A stretch of 63,613 bases of DNA, the filler included, from Bacteroidales bacterium (GTDB lineage: Bacteria > Bacteroidota > Bacteroidia > Bacteroidales > CAIWKO01), in NCBI GenBank assembly GCA_035389045.1. It is 4 parts of 4 records of this genome, joined end to end, with 100 filler letters (N's around TTAATTAATTAA, not from the genome) between each part and the next. Parts side by side here need not be neighbours in the genome. Positions count along the whole stretch, not along the records: positions 40,388 to 59,545 come from DAOORA010000074.1; positions 59,646 to 63,613 come from DAOORA010000124.1; 2 more parts are not named here. One strand, given 5' to 3'. Positions 50,283-59,891 of the stretch are shown here, in pieces (positions within the stretch are counted from its first letter, which is position 1; each line of letters opens with the position of its first letter). The notes under the pieces were generated by a model. It was not told the origin of the DNA. It worked only from the letters and a program-made list of their open reading frames with translations, and did not search any database. The translations under genes and the position numbers were made by a program.

Positions 50283-50969
50283 TCATGTGTACATAAAACC
50301 TGCAAATAAAAATAACTGGGCATTGATATAGGTCGCCATAATCCATAAATTGGCATACCGCACCGGACGCCTGAAACTATCAAATGCCAGTATCGTATCA
50401 GATACAACGAAAAAAACGGCGCCCAAAAACTCCACTACACTGAATCGGTTGAAATTGGCAATCATATTAACAAAACATAAAAAACTAACCGTAAGCAGCA
50501 CCATGACATACACAAGCACCGGGATTTTCATCTCATTAAGAAATCTATATAACTTCAAATATATCATGGCTCCGAAAACAAGAAAAACAAGGGACGCTGC
50601 TAATGCCGGCACCGTATACCCCACGTCATTTACCTGGTTCTTAACAATAAAAATGACATATAATACCTGCATGATCATAAAAAAAGCCAGCCCGCAAATG
50701 AAAAATAATTTCTTTTGAGGCCATATCAGAAACACATCACCCAGAAATGCAAATAATAATGCAAAAACAAGAACAAGCTTCACGTCCGGGCAGTTCAATA
50801 CATAATAAATTGCCAGAACGGGCATCAGCACAGGCTTGGTAACCGGCACCCATCTGGTTTTATTAAAACCCCAGGCCATAAGGTTTCCGACAGCAGCAGT
50901 AGCAAAAATGATCAGTAGCACAATATTGGCAAAAAGTTTGCTATCCATATTTCTTATATTAATGAACAA
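50283..50969 (-). CDS. Lysoplasmalogenase (YhhN/TMEM86 family) membrane protein
   Basis: TKPVLMP, FLGDVFL, GLAFF, FVVSDTILA and IMATY..AQ motifs. Confidence 0.88.
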   Translation of the reverse strand: MFINIRNMDSKLFANIVLLIIFATAAVGNLMAWGFNKTRWVPVTKPVLMPVLAIYYVLNCPDVKLVLVFALLFAFLGDVFLIWPQKKLFFICGLAFFMIMQVLYVIFIVKNQVNDVGYTVPALAASLVFLVFGAMIYLKLYRFLNEMKIPVLVYVMVLLTVSFLCFVNMIANFNRFSVVEFLGAVFFVVSDTILAFDSFRRPVRYANLWIMATYINAQLFLFAGFMYT

Positions 50970-51047
50970 ATGTATTAATAATCCTTTAAATCTGTATTTA
51001 TTAATGTCATTTTAATTAACTTTGTGTTAAACTAAATTTCCTCTGTA

Positions 51048-53279
51048 ATGGTCAGAAACTGGTATCTGATAATTTTGCTTATTATTTCTGACGGTTTTCT
51101 GTTTTCAGTATATTCACAGGTGGTAGTAATCAACGAAGTTTGCACCAGCCCCGCTTCAGGGGCAACGGGTTCTTCGATCAATGCCAATTCATTATACAAT
51201 ATGAGCAGTACCGAGCAACCTCCCGAAAACAGGGAATGGATTGAATTGTATAATCCCCATCCCTGTAACAGCGCGGATATCAGCTGCTATACCCTTGCAT
51301 CCAATATGCTACAGCCTTCTTCCCCTGACGATGTCCCCAACTGGGGGGCCTTTACGTTTCCTTCCGGAACCATAATTCCTCCACTGGGATTTATTATCGT
51401 CGGAGGAAACAATTCCAGTGTGCCTGTACTTGATTTTAACACCACATATTACAGACAAACCACTTTTGGCGTACAGTACCTTGATGGTGATGATAACCGA
51501 TGGTTTCTTCGTGATGAATATGGATGGATAGCGCTGTACAATCCAGCTGGCGCTCCTGTGGATGCCGTTTACTGGGATGCTTACGGAAACGCCTCCAACT
51601 TATTCTATCAGACCGAATATTCGCATAATGTAATTACGACAACATCCTGTAGTGGCACACAATCATTATCTGCCGCACGCAACATAGCAGGCATCGAATA
51701 TATCGGCATGTGCAGCCCCGGCACCGACGTATCGTTTCAAAGAATCACCGATGGAAGTGCCACCTGGTTCAGTGGCCCTGTAACAGCTACCGCACGCCAT
51801 TGCAATGGGCCATGTGTCACACCGCCTGTGCTGACATCCGTCGTTCAGAATGAGAGCTGTGCCGGAAACGATGGCAGCATCACCATTAATATACAGGATG
51901 GACACAGCGGGCCATACACGATCACCTGGATGCAACCGGCAGGACTGCACACCAGCACCATAAGTAACCTCAGTGCAGGTACCTATATTGTCCAGGTGGC
52001 AGATGCTTACAATTGTTTCATTGTTTATGACACCATCGTCATCACGTCCATACCCGACCCGGCAGTAACCTTCACCAACATCATCAATGAATCATGCGGA
52101 TCCGGCAACGGCTCTTTGGAAGCTGTGGTCAGCAACGGAAATCTTCCAATCAATTATCATTGGGACAATCCGGGTTCGGGAAATACAGCATCACTCCATA
52201 ATCTGTCGGCAGGCACCTACAACGTAACTATTACAGATAGTTATGGCTGCACAGCAACTAACACCGTCACACTGATTAATTTCTCAGGTCCGGAACTCAG
52301 CATCGAGAGTGTTCAAAACGAACTCTGCAGCGCTGCCAACGGTGCTGTCTATACCATAGTCACAGGCGGGTCACCACCTTTCAGCTTTATATGGAATTCA
52401 TCACCGGTGCAGAACGGACAACATCTGATCCATGTCCATGAAGGTCACTATACCGTGACTATAACAGATATCAATAATTGCAGTGCCACTGCCGATACTG
52501 TTATCACCAACGTCCCTCCTCCCGTAATGTTGTTCAGCCATATTCAGGCTGACACATGCCGGAAACAAACCGGGGCTGCAACCATCACCATCAGCGGAGG
52601 GCATCCGCCATACAACTGCTTGTGGAGCGCTGATTCAATGAATAATAATACCTTTATCACACACCTTTCGGAGGGTGCCTACCAGGTTTCGGTCACCGAC
52701 AGTTTTTGTACCGTAACGGCATCATTCTCTGTTCCGCTCATACCGGGACCCAAAGCAGATTTTACTTTATATCCGCCGGTAACAACCATTGATGACCCTG
52801 TGTTCCGTTTCACAGATTGCTCCACCGGGATCATCAGCAACTGGCTTTGGAATTTTGGAGACAACAGCACCAGCACCATTAAAAATCCATACCATTCCTA
52901 CGATGCGATAGGCAAATATAATATCACCCTGACTATTTTCAACCAGTCAGGATGCCTTGATTCCATCACAAAAACGGCGATTGTTTTTGACAGGACCACC
53001 TTGTTTGTTCCGAACTGTTTTACACCCAATGGTGATGGTATTAATGATTATTTTTATGTCGCCGGGCAGAACGTCACTGATTTTGCGATTTTTATTTTCA
53101 ACCGCTGGGGAGGGCTTGTTTATCATTCAGATGATCTCAGCTGCCGGTGGGACGGTACATTTAAAGGCGCCGTGGTTCCCGAAGATGTTTATACATGGCT
53201 GATAAATTACTCGGAAGACTGGGGAGGTATGTTTTCTTTACCGAAAAGCAAAAAAGGAACCCTCACTGTTGTTAGATAA
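51048..53279 (+). CDS. T9SS type B cargo: lamin-tail domain + SprB repeats + PKD + gliding motility-associated CTD
   Basis: VVINEV...EWIELYN; repeated C...G...NLSAGTY.V.VTD; WNFGD; PNCFTPNGDGINDYF...IFNRWG...WDG. Confidence 0.88.
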   Translation: MVRNWYLIILLIISDGFLFSVYSQVVVINEVCTSPASGATGSSINANSLYNMSSTEQPPENREWIELYNPHPCNSADISCYTLASNMLQPSSPDDVPNWGAFTFPSGTIIPPLGFIIVGGNNSSVPVLDFNTTYYRQTTFGVQYLDGDDNRWFLRDEYGWIALYNPAGAPVDAVYWDAYGNASNLFYQTEYSHNVITTTSCSGTQSLSAARNIAGIEYIGMCSPGTDVSFQRITDGSATWFSGPVTATARHCNGPCVTPPVLTSVVQNESCAGNDGSITINIQDGHSGPYTITWMQPAGLHTSTISNLSAGTYIVQVADAYNCFIVYDTIVITSIPDPAVTFTNIINESCGSGNGSLEAVVSNGNLPINYHWDNPGSGNTASLHNLSAGTYNVTITDSYGCTATNTVTLINFSGPELSIESVQNELCSAANGAVYTIVTGGSPPFSFIWNSSPVQNGQHLIHVHEGHYTVTITDINNCSATADTVITNVPPPVMLFSHIQADTCRKQTGAATITISGGHPPYNCLWSADSMNNNTFITHLSEGAYQVSVTDSFCTVTASFSVPLIPGPKADFTLYPPVTTIDDPVFRFTDCSTGIISNWLWNFGDNSTSTIKNPYHSYDAIGKYNITLTIFNQSGCLDSITKTAIVFDRTTLFVPNCFTPNGDGINDYFYVAGQNVTDFAIFIFNRWGGLVYHSDDLSCRWDGTFKGAVVPEDVYTWLINYSEDWGGMFSLPKSKKGTLTVVR

Positions 53280-53436
53280 CGAAAACATCCGTCAAAACCG
53301 CTCTTCCCATCTGAAAAAATCTCTAACAGTCATGTTCGCAAGTAGTTTCAGCGGACATTAAATAATAACACACAAAAAACAATACGGTAAGCTTTTTTTT
53401 CCGAAATTTGCACCCGTTTTTAAAAAAATTACCTTC

Positions 53437-54987
53437 ATGATAACACTAGGTTCGCACGATCTCACACTAGAGGAAATTTACCGTATTCTGTTCCATAAGG
53501 AAGAAATTGAACTCAGCAATGACTCCCTGCAGCGGGTTCGTAACTGCCACGATTTTCTGAAAGATTTCAGCAAAGATAAAGTCATTTACGGTATCAATAC
53601 CGGCCTGGGGCCAATGGCTCCCTATAAAATCGAAGAAGAAAAACGGTCACAATTTCAATATAATGCCATCCGTTCACATTGTTCAGGGTGCGGAGACCCA
53701 TTGCCTGACAAATTTGCAAAGGCAGCCATGTTGTCGCGCCTGAATACTCAGCTACGTGCATATTCCGGTATACATCCCGAAGTGGTGGAACTGCTCACTC
53801 TGCTCATCAATAAAAATATTTCTGCGGTTATTCCTGAACATGGCGGTGTTGGCGCCAGCGGCGACCTGGTGCAATTGGCACACCTGGCGCTGACGCTTAT
53901 TGGCGAAGGCGATGTGTGGTATAAAGGCAGGATCACTCCTACTCCTGAAGTCTTTGCCGCAGAACACATAACACCTATTTCTATTCATATCAGAGAAGGA
54001 TTATCCCTGATAAACGGAACCTCTGTGATGACCGGTATAGGCGTTATCAACCAGATGAATGCCTATAACCTTCTCAACTGGTCCATATTTGCATCCTGCC
54101 TGATCAATGAGATTGTCGGCTCTTATGACGATCATTTTTCGCACGAACTGAACACCGTAAAACGCCATAAAGGACAGGATATAATTGCAGGTTATATGCG
54201 TAATATACTCTCGGGCAGCAAACTGATACGCAAGCGCCATGAACACCTTTTCGGACGGGAGTTTAAAGAAAACATCCTTGCTGATAAGGTACAGGAATAT
54301 TATTCGTTGCGCTGCGTGCCACAAATTCTTGGTCCGGTATACGACACACTGGTCAACAGCGAAGAAATACTTATCAAAGAGTTTAATTCTGTGAATGACA
54401 ACCCCATCGTAGACATTGAAAATGAGAATATCTTTCACGGCGGCAATTTCCATGGAGATTACGTTTCGCTTGAGATGGACAAGATCAAGATCGTCATGAC
54501 CAAGCTTTCAATGCTTGCAGAACGTCAGTTGAACTACCTGCTGAATCCGAAACTTAACGATCTGCTCCCTCCTTTTGTGAACCTGGGCACGTTAGGGTAT
54601 AATTTCGGCATGCAGGGCGTTCAGTTCACAGCTACGTCGAGCGTTGCTGAAAACCAGACGCTTTCGTTTCCTATGTATGTGCACAGCATCTCCTGTAATA
54701 ACGATAATCAGGATATTGTCAGCATGGGGACCAATTCGGCTCTTATTACCAAACGGGTGATCAGCAACACCTATGATGTGCTGGCAATAGAACTCATCAC
54801 ACTGATACAGGCCATTGATTATCTGAAATACCAGGACAACATGTCGGGTTACACCCGGTTCATATACGATAAGCTAAGAGAACTGGTGCCCGCTTTTGCC
54901 GAAGACACTACCAAATCAAAAGACATCAAAGCGATAAGGAAGTTCATGCAAAATTACCGTCTGAGGCCGGAAATATCACTGCCGTGA
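53437..54987 (+). CDS. MIO-dependent aromatic amino acid ammonia-lyase (HAL/PAL/TAL family)
   Basis: YGINTG, GASGDL (ASG MIO), REGLSLINGT, YSLRCVPQ, DNP, GGNFHG and NQDIVSMG motifs. Confidence 0.92.
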   Translation: MITLGSHDLTLEEIYRILFHKEEIELSNDSLQRVRNCHDFLKDFSKDKVIYGINTGLGPMAPYKIEEEKRSQFQYNAIRSHCSGCGDPLPDKFAKAAMLSRLNTQLRAYSGIHPEVVELLTLLINKNISAVIPEHGGVGASGDLVQLAHLALTLIGEGDVWYKGRITPTPEVFAAEHITPISIHIREGLSLINGTSVMTGIGVINQMNAYNLLNWSIFASCLINEIVGSYDDHFSHELNTVKRHKGQDIIAGYMRNILSGSKLIRKRHEHLFGREFKENILADKVQEYYSLRCVPQILGPVYDTLVNSEEILIKEFNSVNDNPIVDIENENIFHGGNFHGDYVSLEMDKIKIVMTKLSMLAERQLNYLLNPKLNDLLPPFVNLGTLGYNFGMQGVQFTATSSVAENQTLSFPMYVHSISCNNDNQDIVSMGTNSALITKRVISNTYDVLAIELITLIQAIDYLKYQDNMSGYTRFIYDKLRELVPAFAEDTTKSKDIKAIRKFMQNYRLRPEISLP

Positions 54988-55120
54988 GCAGTTACGATAT
55001 CCCTCTGTACCATCAGCGAAGGTTTCTTTTTGCTACCTGTCTGCTTTCGCAATCCTTCCCTTGAGAGAAAGCAATTATTGTGATAAAGGAAACTTTATTA
55101 GAGGTTACTGTCAGCCCTTA

Positions 55121-56224
55121 TCAGAAAGGAAAATCATAACCTTTTATTTCCAACTCTTCAGTCAGTTTTATAATATCTTTCTGAAGTGATTCGTTTACCG
55201 GAACGCCTTTTTCTTTCCTTTCCAACCACACATAATATTCCTTTTCGCCGGCCGTAAAAATACGTTCCTGCCCGGGCATCTTTTTCGAAGCCCGCAATTC
55301 ACGAAGGATATCGCCTGAAATTTTTTTAAATTCCTCAGGATCAGTAAATGCATTGATGTCTATGGCTATAAAAAAGTGGCCGAGGGGATACGGTATCTTT
55401 TTTCCGTCTTGCAGCCCGAGAAGCATCTTCATGTAACTTCCGCTCTGTAAGGCCGCGGAAAGAATTTCCACCACCGTAGCATACCCATAACCTTTGTACC
55501 CTGCTGTATCTTCGCCCACCCCTCCCAGCGGGGTCAGGGCGGCTTTTTCGGCGATAAGGTCTTTCAGGACTTCCTGTGCATTGGTTTTGGATTCACCGTT
55601 TTCGTTTATAACCCACCCTTTTGGTAAATCCTTACCCTTGCGGGCATATAACTCGATTTTTCCACGCTGGCTCACCGAGGTGGCACAGTCAAGCATAAAA
55701 GGGAAATCCTCATCGGTGGGCATGGCAAATGTCAGGGGATTGGTACCCAGCATATTCTCTACACCAAATGTCGGTGCGATAGATGGCCGGGCATTGGTGC
55801 CGGTGATACCGATCATATTACTCTTTGCGGCCATCAGCGCATAATAGCCGGCAATACCATAATGTGTCGAATTACGAACAGCGACCATACCCATGCCGTA
55901 CTTTTTGGCTTTTTCAATAGCCATCTGCATGGAACGTTTGGCAATCACATGCCCCATGCCGTTGTGTCCGTCGACAACCGCCGTGGTCAGGCTTTCGCGG
56001 ACAATCTCAAACTGTGTCACAGGATTTAATATTCCATCTTTGATGCGGTCGTAATAAATAGGTTTCAGCCGGTTAAAGCCGTGTGAGTCAATCCCTAATT
56101 TATCGGCTGTGATCAGCACATCGGCACATGTTTTTGCATCTTCATCAGGCACTCCAGCCCTGATGAGGACATCAACCATAAAACGTTCCATGGTCACAAA
56201 ATCGACGTAGATAATTTTTTCCAT
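55121..56224 (-). CDS. Ldh_2 family oxidoreductase (malate/L-lactate/sulfolactate dehydrogenase-like)
   Basis: GIDSHG, VRNSTHYG, GTNPL, LDCATS and GYKGYG motifs. Confidence 0.9.
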   Translation of the reverse strand: MEKIIYVDFVTMERFMVDVLIRAGVPDEDAKTCADVLITADKLGIDSHGFNRLKPIYYDRIKDGILNPVTQFEIVRESLTTAVVDGHNGMGHVIAKRSMQMAIEKAKKYGMGMVAVRNSTHYGIAGYYALMAAKSNMIGITGTNARPSIAPTFGVENMLGTNPLTFAMPTDEDFPFMLDCATSVSQRGKIELYARKGKDLPKGWVINENGESKTNAQEVLKDLIAEKAALTPLGGVGEDTAGYKGYGYATVVEILSAALQSGSYMKMLLGLQDGKKIPYPLGHFFIAIDINAFTDPEEFKKISGDILRELRASKKMPGQERIFTAGEKEYYVWLERKEKGVPVNESLQKDIIKLTEELEIKGYDFPF

Positions 56225-56320
56225 TTTATATAATTTATGATTATTTAATCTATATTATAACTGTTATAACTTAAACCGACAACTTTTAACGGACTAAAAG
56301 GTATCGAAATGTGCAGCCGG

Positions 56321-56950
56321 TTATTTAGGAAACTTAAAATAGGTCATATAAATCGTTATCGTTTTGTTTTTCCCTGTGTAAATAAATTTTGTCTGACTAT
56401 AATTCGGGGGACCTAAATTTGTTGCCACATTATTTGAAAAGCCATAACCTTCGAGAGGTATATTCAACTGGTTCTTGTTCAGCAATCCGTTTTTATCCTC
56501 ATCATGAAAAACAGCCACCGTATATATCCCTTTGGGTACGGAATCGAAAGGCACCAGCATACTGGCAGCGGTTACCGGCAAAATAGCCCCTCTGAACACC
56601 GGGCCATTATTGATAAAACTTGCATAACTGTTAAAAACAGCCACATTTATGGTTCCAATAATTTTATTTATATTTTTAATAAAAACACTTAGGTTTCCGT
56701 GTAATGAATCAAAAACCATATTGGTATCCCTGGTATTCGCAAAAATATTAGGCTGTACAGGAATACCTCCTATGGTCATATTTTTACTAATTACAGAATC
56801 AATTTTGGGTATTTTTAGATTGGGCGGTAGCGGCACTCCCACCGGATTATCCGGATTGGTATCATTCGGATTATTAGGATTAAACTGACCGTAAGATAAA
56901 ACATGTAAAAAAAGTAAAAAAAGAAATATTTGCAACGGCTTTTTCATCAA
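56321..56950 (-). CDS. DUF2141 family secreted protein
   Basis: G.YTVAVFHDEDKNGLL...IPLEGYGFSNN...GPPNY; N-terminal N/P-rich linker. Confidence 0.8.
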   Translation of the reverse strand: MMKKPLQIFLFLLFLHVLSYGQFNPNNPNDTNPDNPVGVPLPPNLKIPKIDSVISKNMTIGGIPVQPNIFANTRDTNMVFDSLHGNLSVFIKNINKIIGTINVAVFNSYASFINNGPVFRGAILPVTAASMLVPFDSVPKGIYTVAVFHDEDKNGLLNKNQLNIPLEGYGFSNNVATNLGPPNYSQTKFIYTGKNKTITIYMTYFKFPK

Positions 56951-56981
56951 ACTGAGCGAATTTTTTTACAAAATTATGAAT

Positions 56982-57743
56982 TTATACCGTTATTTTCAAA
57001 CCGTCGAAAGCAAAATGAACATTTTCGGGCAATAGCTTTTCAATTTCTTCATGTTTTCCCATATAGTGGCTTATGTGTGTCAGGTAAGCTTTACGGGGTT
57101 TCAGTTCACTGATCAAAAATAATGCCTGTTCGAGATTGTAATGAGAATAATGCACCTTGGTTCGTAAAGCATTTACCACCAGAACATCCAGCCCTGTCAT
57201 TTTCTTCTTTTCTTTGGGGGCAATATCGCTGGCATCGGTCATGTATGCAAAATTACCAATACGGTAACCGAAAATCTTCAGAAAATAGTGTATAGCTTCT
57301 ATTGGTATTATTTCACTATTACCTATGCAGAAAGGCTTATTGGTAATCGTATGCTGAACCATCTGCGGGATTCCGGGATATTTATTTTTACTGAACGCAT
57401 AATTGAATTCTTTTTTTATGATACGCTGAACCGAGGCCCGGGCATAAATATCCATTGCACATTTCTGCATAAAATTGTAGGCCCTGATATCGTCAAGGCC
57501 GGCTATATGGTCTTTATGCTCATGGGTTAACAACACTGCATCAAGTTTTTTCACATGTTCACGTAACATTTGCTGACGAAAATCAGGACCGGTATCAATA
57601 ACGATGGTCTGTCCTGCAGTCTCAATCAGCGCGGATGATCTCAGCCGTTTATCACGTGCATCATCCGAAGTACATGTGGAACAATTACATGTGATAACAG
57701 GAACTCCCTGTGAAGTTCCCGTCCCAAGAAAGGTGATTTGCAT
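56982..57743 (-). CDS. MBL-fold hydrolase, PhnP/YycJ-like
   Basis: FLGTGTSQGVP..C.C..C, RLRSS, DTGPDFRQQ, THEHKDH and THISH motifs. Confidence 0.9.
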   Translation of the reverse strand: MQITFLGTGTSQGVPVITCNCSTCTSDDARDKRLRSSALIETAGQTIVIDTGPDFRQQMLREHVKKLDAVLLTHEHKDHIAGLDDIRAYNFMQKCAMDIYARASVQRIIKKEFNYAFSKNKYPGIPQMVQHTITNKPFCIGNSEIIPIEAIHYFLKIFGYRIGNFAYMTDASDIAPKEKKKMTGLDVLVVNALRTKVHYSHYNLEQALFLISELKPRKAYLTHISHYMGKHEEIEKLLPENVHFAFDGLKITV

Positions 57744-57829
57744 TATTAAACAGTAATAGGTTTTGTTTCAGAAAGCACTTTTTTAAAAGAGTTACAAATA
57801 TAATTTTTTAATTTTACACCAAATTAATA

Positions 57830-58354
57830 TTGATTCAAATGAACACATCCTTTGAACCAACCGCGGTTTTCAAATTAGATGAAAATGTTTTTGAACTGCT
57901 CGATAAAGACTGGATGCTGGTAACGGCAGGCATCATGGGCAATTATAATATGATGACCGCTTCGTGGGGCGGCATGGGCATTTTATGGCATAAACCCGTG
58001 GCTTTTATCTTTATACGTCCGCAGCGCCATACCTATGGATATGCAGAAAAATATCATAATCTCACTCTTACTTTTTTTCATGAAAAATACCGCAGCATAT
58101 TAAAAACCTGCGGCACAAAATCGGGAAAGGAAATAGATAAAATGAATATCAAAGGCCTTACACCGCTTGAAACTACAGACGGTGCTGTGGCTTTTGAGGA
58201 GGCCCGGCTGGTGCTTGAGTGCCGGAAGTTGTATTATGACGATATCAAGCCGGCACATTTTATCATAAGTGATATTAATGATAATTATCCCATCAAAGAC
58301 TACCACCGCATGTATATCTGCGAAATAACAAAAGCATATATGAAAAAACAATAA
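57830..58354 (+). CDS. Flavin reductase-like FMN-binding protein
   Basis: WMLVTAG...NMMTASWGG, IRPQRHT, CGTKSG and DYHRMYI motifs. Confidence 0.88.
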   Translation: MIQMNTSFEPTAVFKLDENVFELLDKDWMLVTAGIMGNYNMMTASWGGMGILWHKPVAFIFIRPQRHTYGYAEKYHNLTLTFFHEKYRSILKTCGTKSGKEIDKMNIKGLTPLETTDGAVAFEEARLVLECRKLYYDDIKPAHFIISDINDNYPIKDYHRMYICEITKAYMKKQ

Positions 58355-58545
58355 ATAATGCCACCTGGCAATAAAAAGAACAAATACTTGAATAATTGGC
58401 AATTAAATGTTCCATACGGTCACTATGATTTTATTGTTCCTGGCCAGAAAACGCTCAAAGAAGTCATATGCGGCTGAGTTCACTTTTCATTTTGACTACG
58501 GTATACTTGCAAAAAGACATTCATGCCACCCTTAACATATGATTT

Positions 58546-58914
58546 ATGGAACATCAGGAAATTTACACCCGGCTTAAAAATATGATTCAGAAATACGCTC
58601 CTCCTTTGTCGGTAAAAACAGAAACCAACGATCGGTATGAACTGTATACAAAAAAAAATGTTGAGCTTAACGGAAAAAAATACGATGAGTTTTTTTTTGG
58701 GAGTATCATACTAAAATCACAATACATTGGTTTTTATTTCATGCCGATATATATTTACCCGGAACTTTTAATAGACGTTCCCGAAACATTGAAAAAATTA
58801 CAGACCGGCAAATCTTGTTTTCATATTAAAAAATATGAACAATCCATATTTAATGCCATTTCTGATCTCATAGAGACCGGATTTGATGCGTATAGAAAAA
58901 ATAATTTGATATAA
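58546..58914 (+). CDS. DUF1801/YdhG-like small protein
   Basis: FFGSIILKSQYIGFYFMPIY...LKKLQTGKSCFHIK pattern. Confidence 0.7.
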   Translation: MEHQEIYTRLKNMIQKYAPPLSVKTETNDRYELYTKKNVELNGKKYDEFFFGSIILKSQYIGFYFMPIYIYPELLIDVPETLKKLQTGKSCFHIKKYEQSIFNAISDLIETGFDAYRKNNLI

Positions 58915-58934
58915 TTGTAAAAAACCGATCCGCT

Positions 58935-59495
58935 ATGCTTGACGCTATACGAAAGTATTTTTGGAATGCCGAGATACAGAAAAAACTCCCCAAAGTGATA
59001 CGGAGCAAACAGATCATTCACCCGTCTGCTGCAAAAAGCATCGGGATATTATATAAAGTCGGTGAAGAAAAGGATTATCTGATTGTTACTGATTTTTTCA
59101 GCCGGCTGCAAAACGAGAAAAAAGAAGTTCGCACGCTGGGGTGGATCAACCTTAAAGACCCTCCCCACTATTGTTACCCGAGGCTGATGTACGATTATAT
59201 CACCAAACGCAACATCAACTGGTTTGGCAAACCTTCGGGTGAAAAGATCAACGACTTCATAAACAAGGATTTTGACATACTGCTAAATATTGACACCTCG
59301 GATAACCCTTCTCTGACTTATGCTGCAGCCCTTTCAAAAGCCAGATTAAAAGTCGGTAAATATTCAGAAAAAAATAAAGATTATTACGATCTGATGATCT
59401 CGCTGGACAAACCTCCCGAGGTCACCGAACTTATCGAACAAATGATGACGAATATTGCCATGTTCGCCAATAAAACTATTCGTCAGGAAGTTTAG
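58935..59495 (+). CDS. Conserved Bacteroidota hypothetical protein (DUF6913-like)
   Basis: INWFGKP...FINKDFDILLN...SKARLKVG...YDLMI pattern. Confidence 0.7.
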   Translation: MLDAIRKYFWNAEIQKKLPKVIRSKQIIHPSAAKSIGILYKVGEEKDYLIVTDFFSRLQNEKKEVRTLGWINLKDPPHYCYPRLMYDYITKRNINWFGKPSGEKINDFINKDFDILLNIDTSDNPSLTYAAALSKARLKVGKYSEKNKDYYDLMISLDKPPEVTELIEQMMTNIAMFANKTIRQEV

Positions 59496-59545
59496 AAATT
59501 GTTTTGATTTTATCTTTTCATATCTTTATGCGTCTTTTTTGCTGC

Positions 59546-59645
59546 NNNNNNNNNNNNNNNNNNNNNNNNNNNNNNNNNNNNNNNNNNNNTTAATTAATTA
59601 ANNNNNNNNNNNNNNNNNNNNNNNNNNNNNNNNNNNNNNNNNNNN
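59546..59645. other. Artificial contig linker (Ns + TTAATTAATTAA)
   Basis: N run with linker at 59590-59601. Confidence 0.98.
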
Positions 59646-59888
59646 ATAACGTTTGTGTTGCTGTATGTGCTGCAATATATACTATGTTCTAATTGTGGCA
59701 GCAACCCATTTTCTGCCTATAAATGTGCTTAATATCAATAAATTACATTTTATACTTTTACAATTTCTATTCATATTTTCTTTCCATCGCTTACTCAAAT
59801 AAATAATAATTTTCCGGAGTCATTAATTTATACTTCACAAACTGTGGCAGCAATCTCATTTTTTAGTATAAAAGCATTAATAATCAAG
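59646..59888 (-). repeat. Direct-repeat cluster ending in a GTT core; putative recombination (attI-like) site
   Basis: Minus strand TTGCTGCCACA at 59843-59853 and 59694-59704, TTGCAGCACA at 59666-59675, CAGCAACACA at 59654-59663, then AACGTTAT at the contig end. Confidence 0.5.
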
Positions 59889-59891
59889 TTT

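Noticed and set aside
28117..56224. comB plus a ComC-like dehydrogenase as a coenzyme M/sulfolactate pathway
   Set aside because: The genes are on different contigs, no comA/comDE is seen, and both families are widespread with other roles
58935..59891. Recombinase element inserted next to the DUF6913-like gene
   Set aside because: A contig linker separates them, so adjacency is unproven
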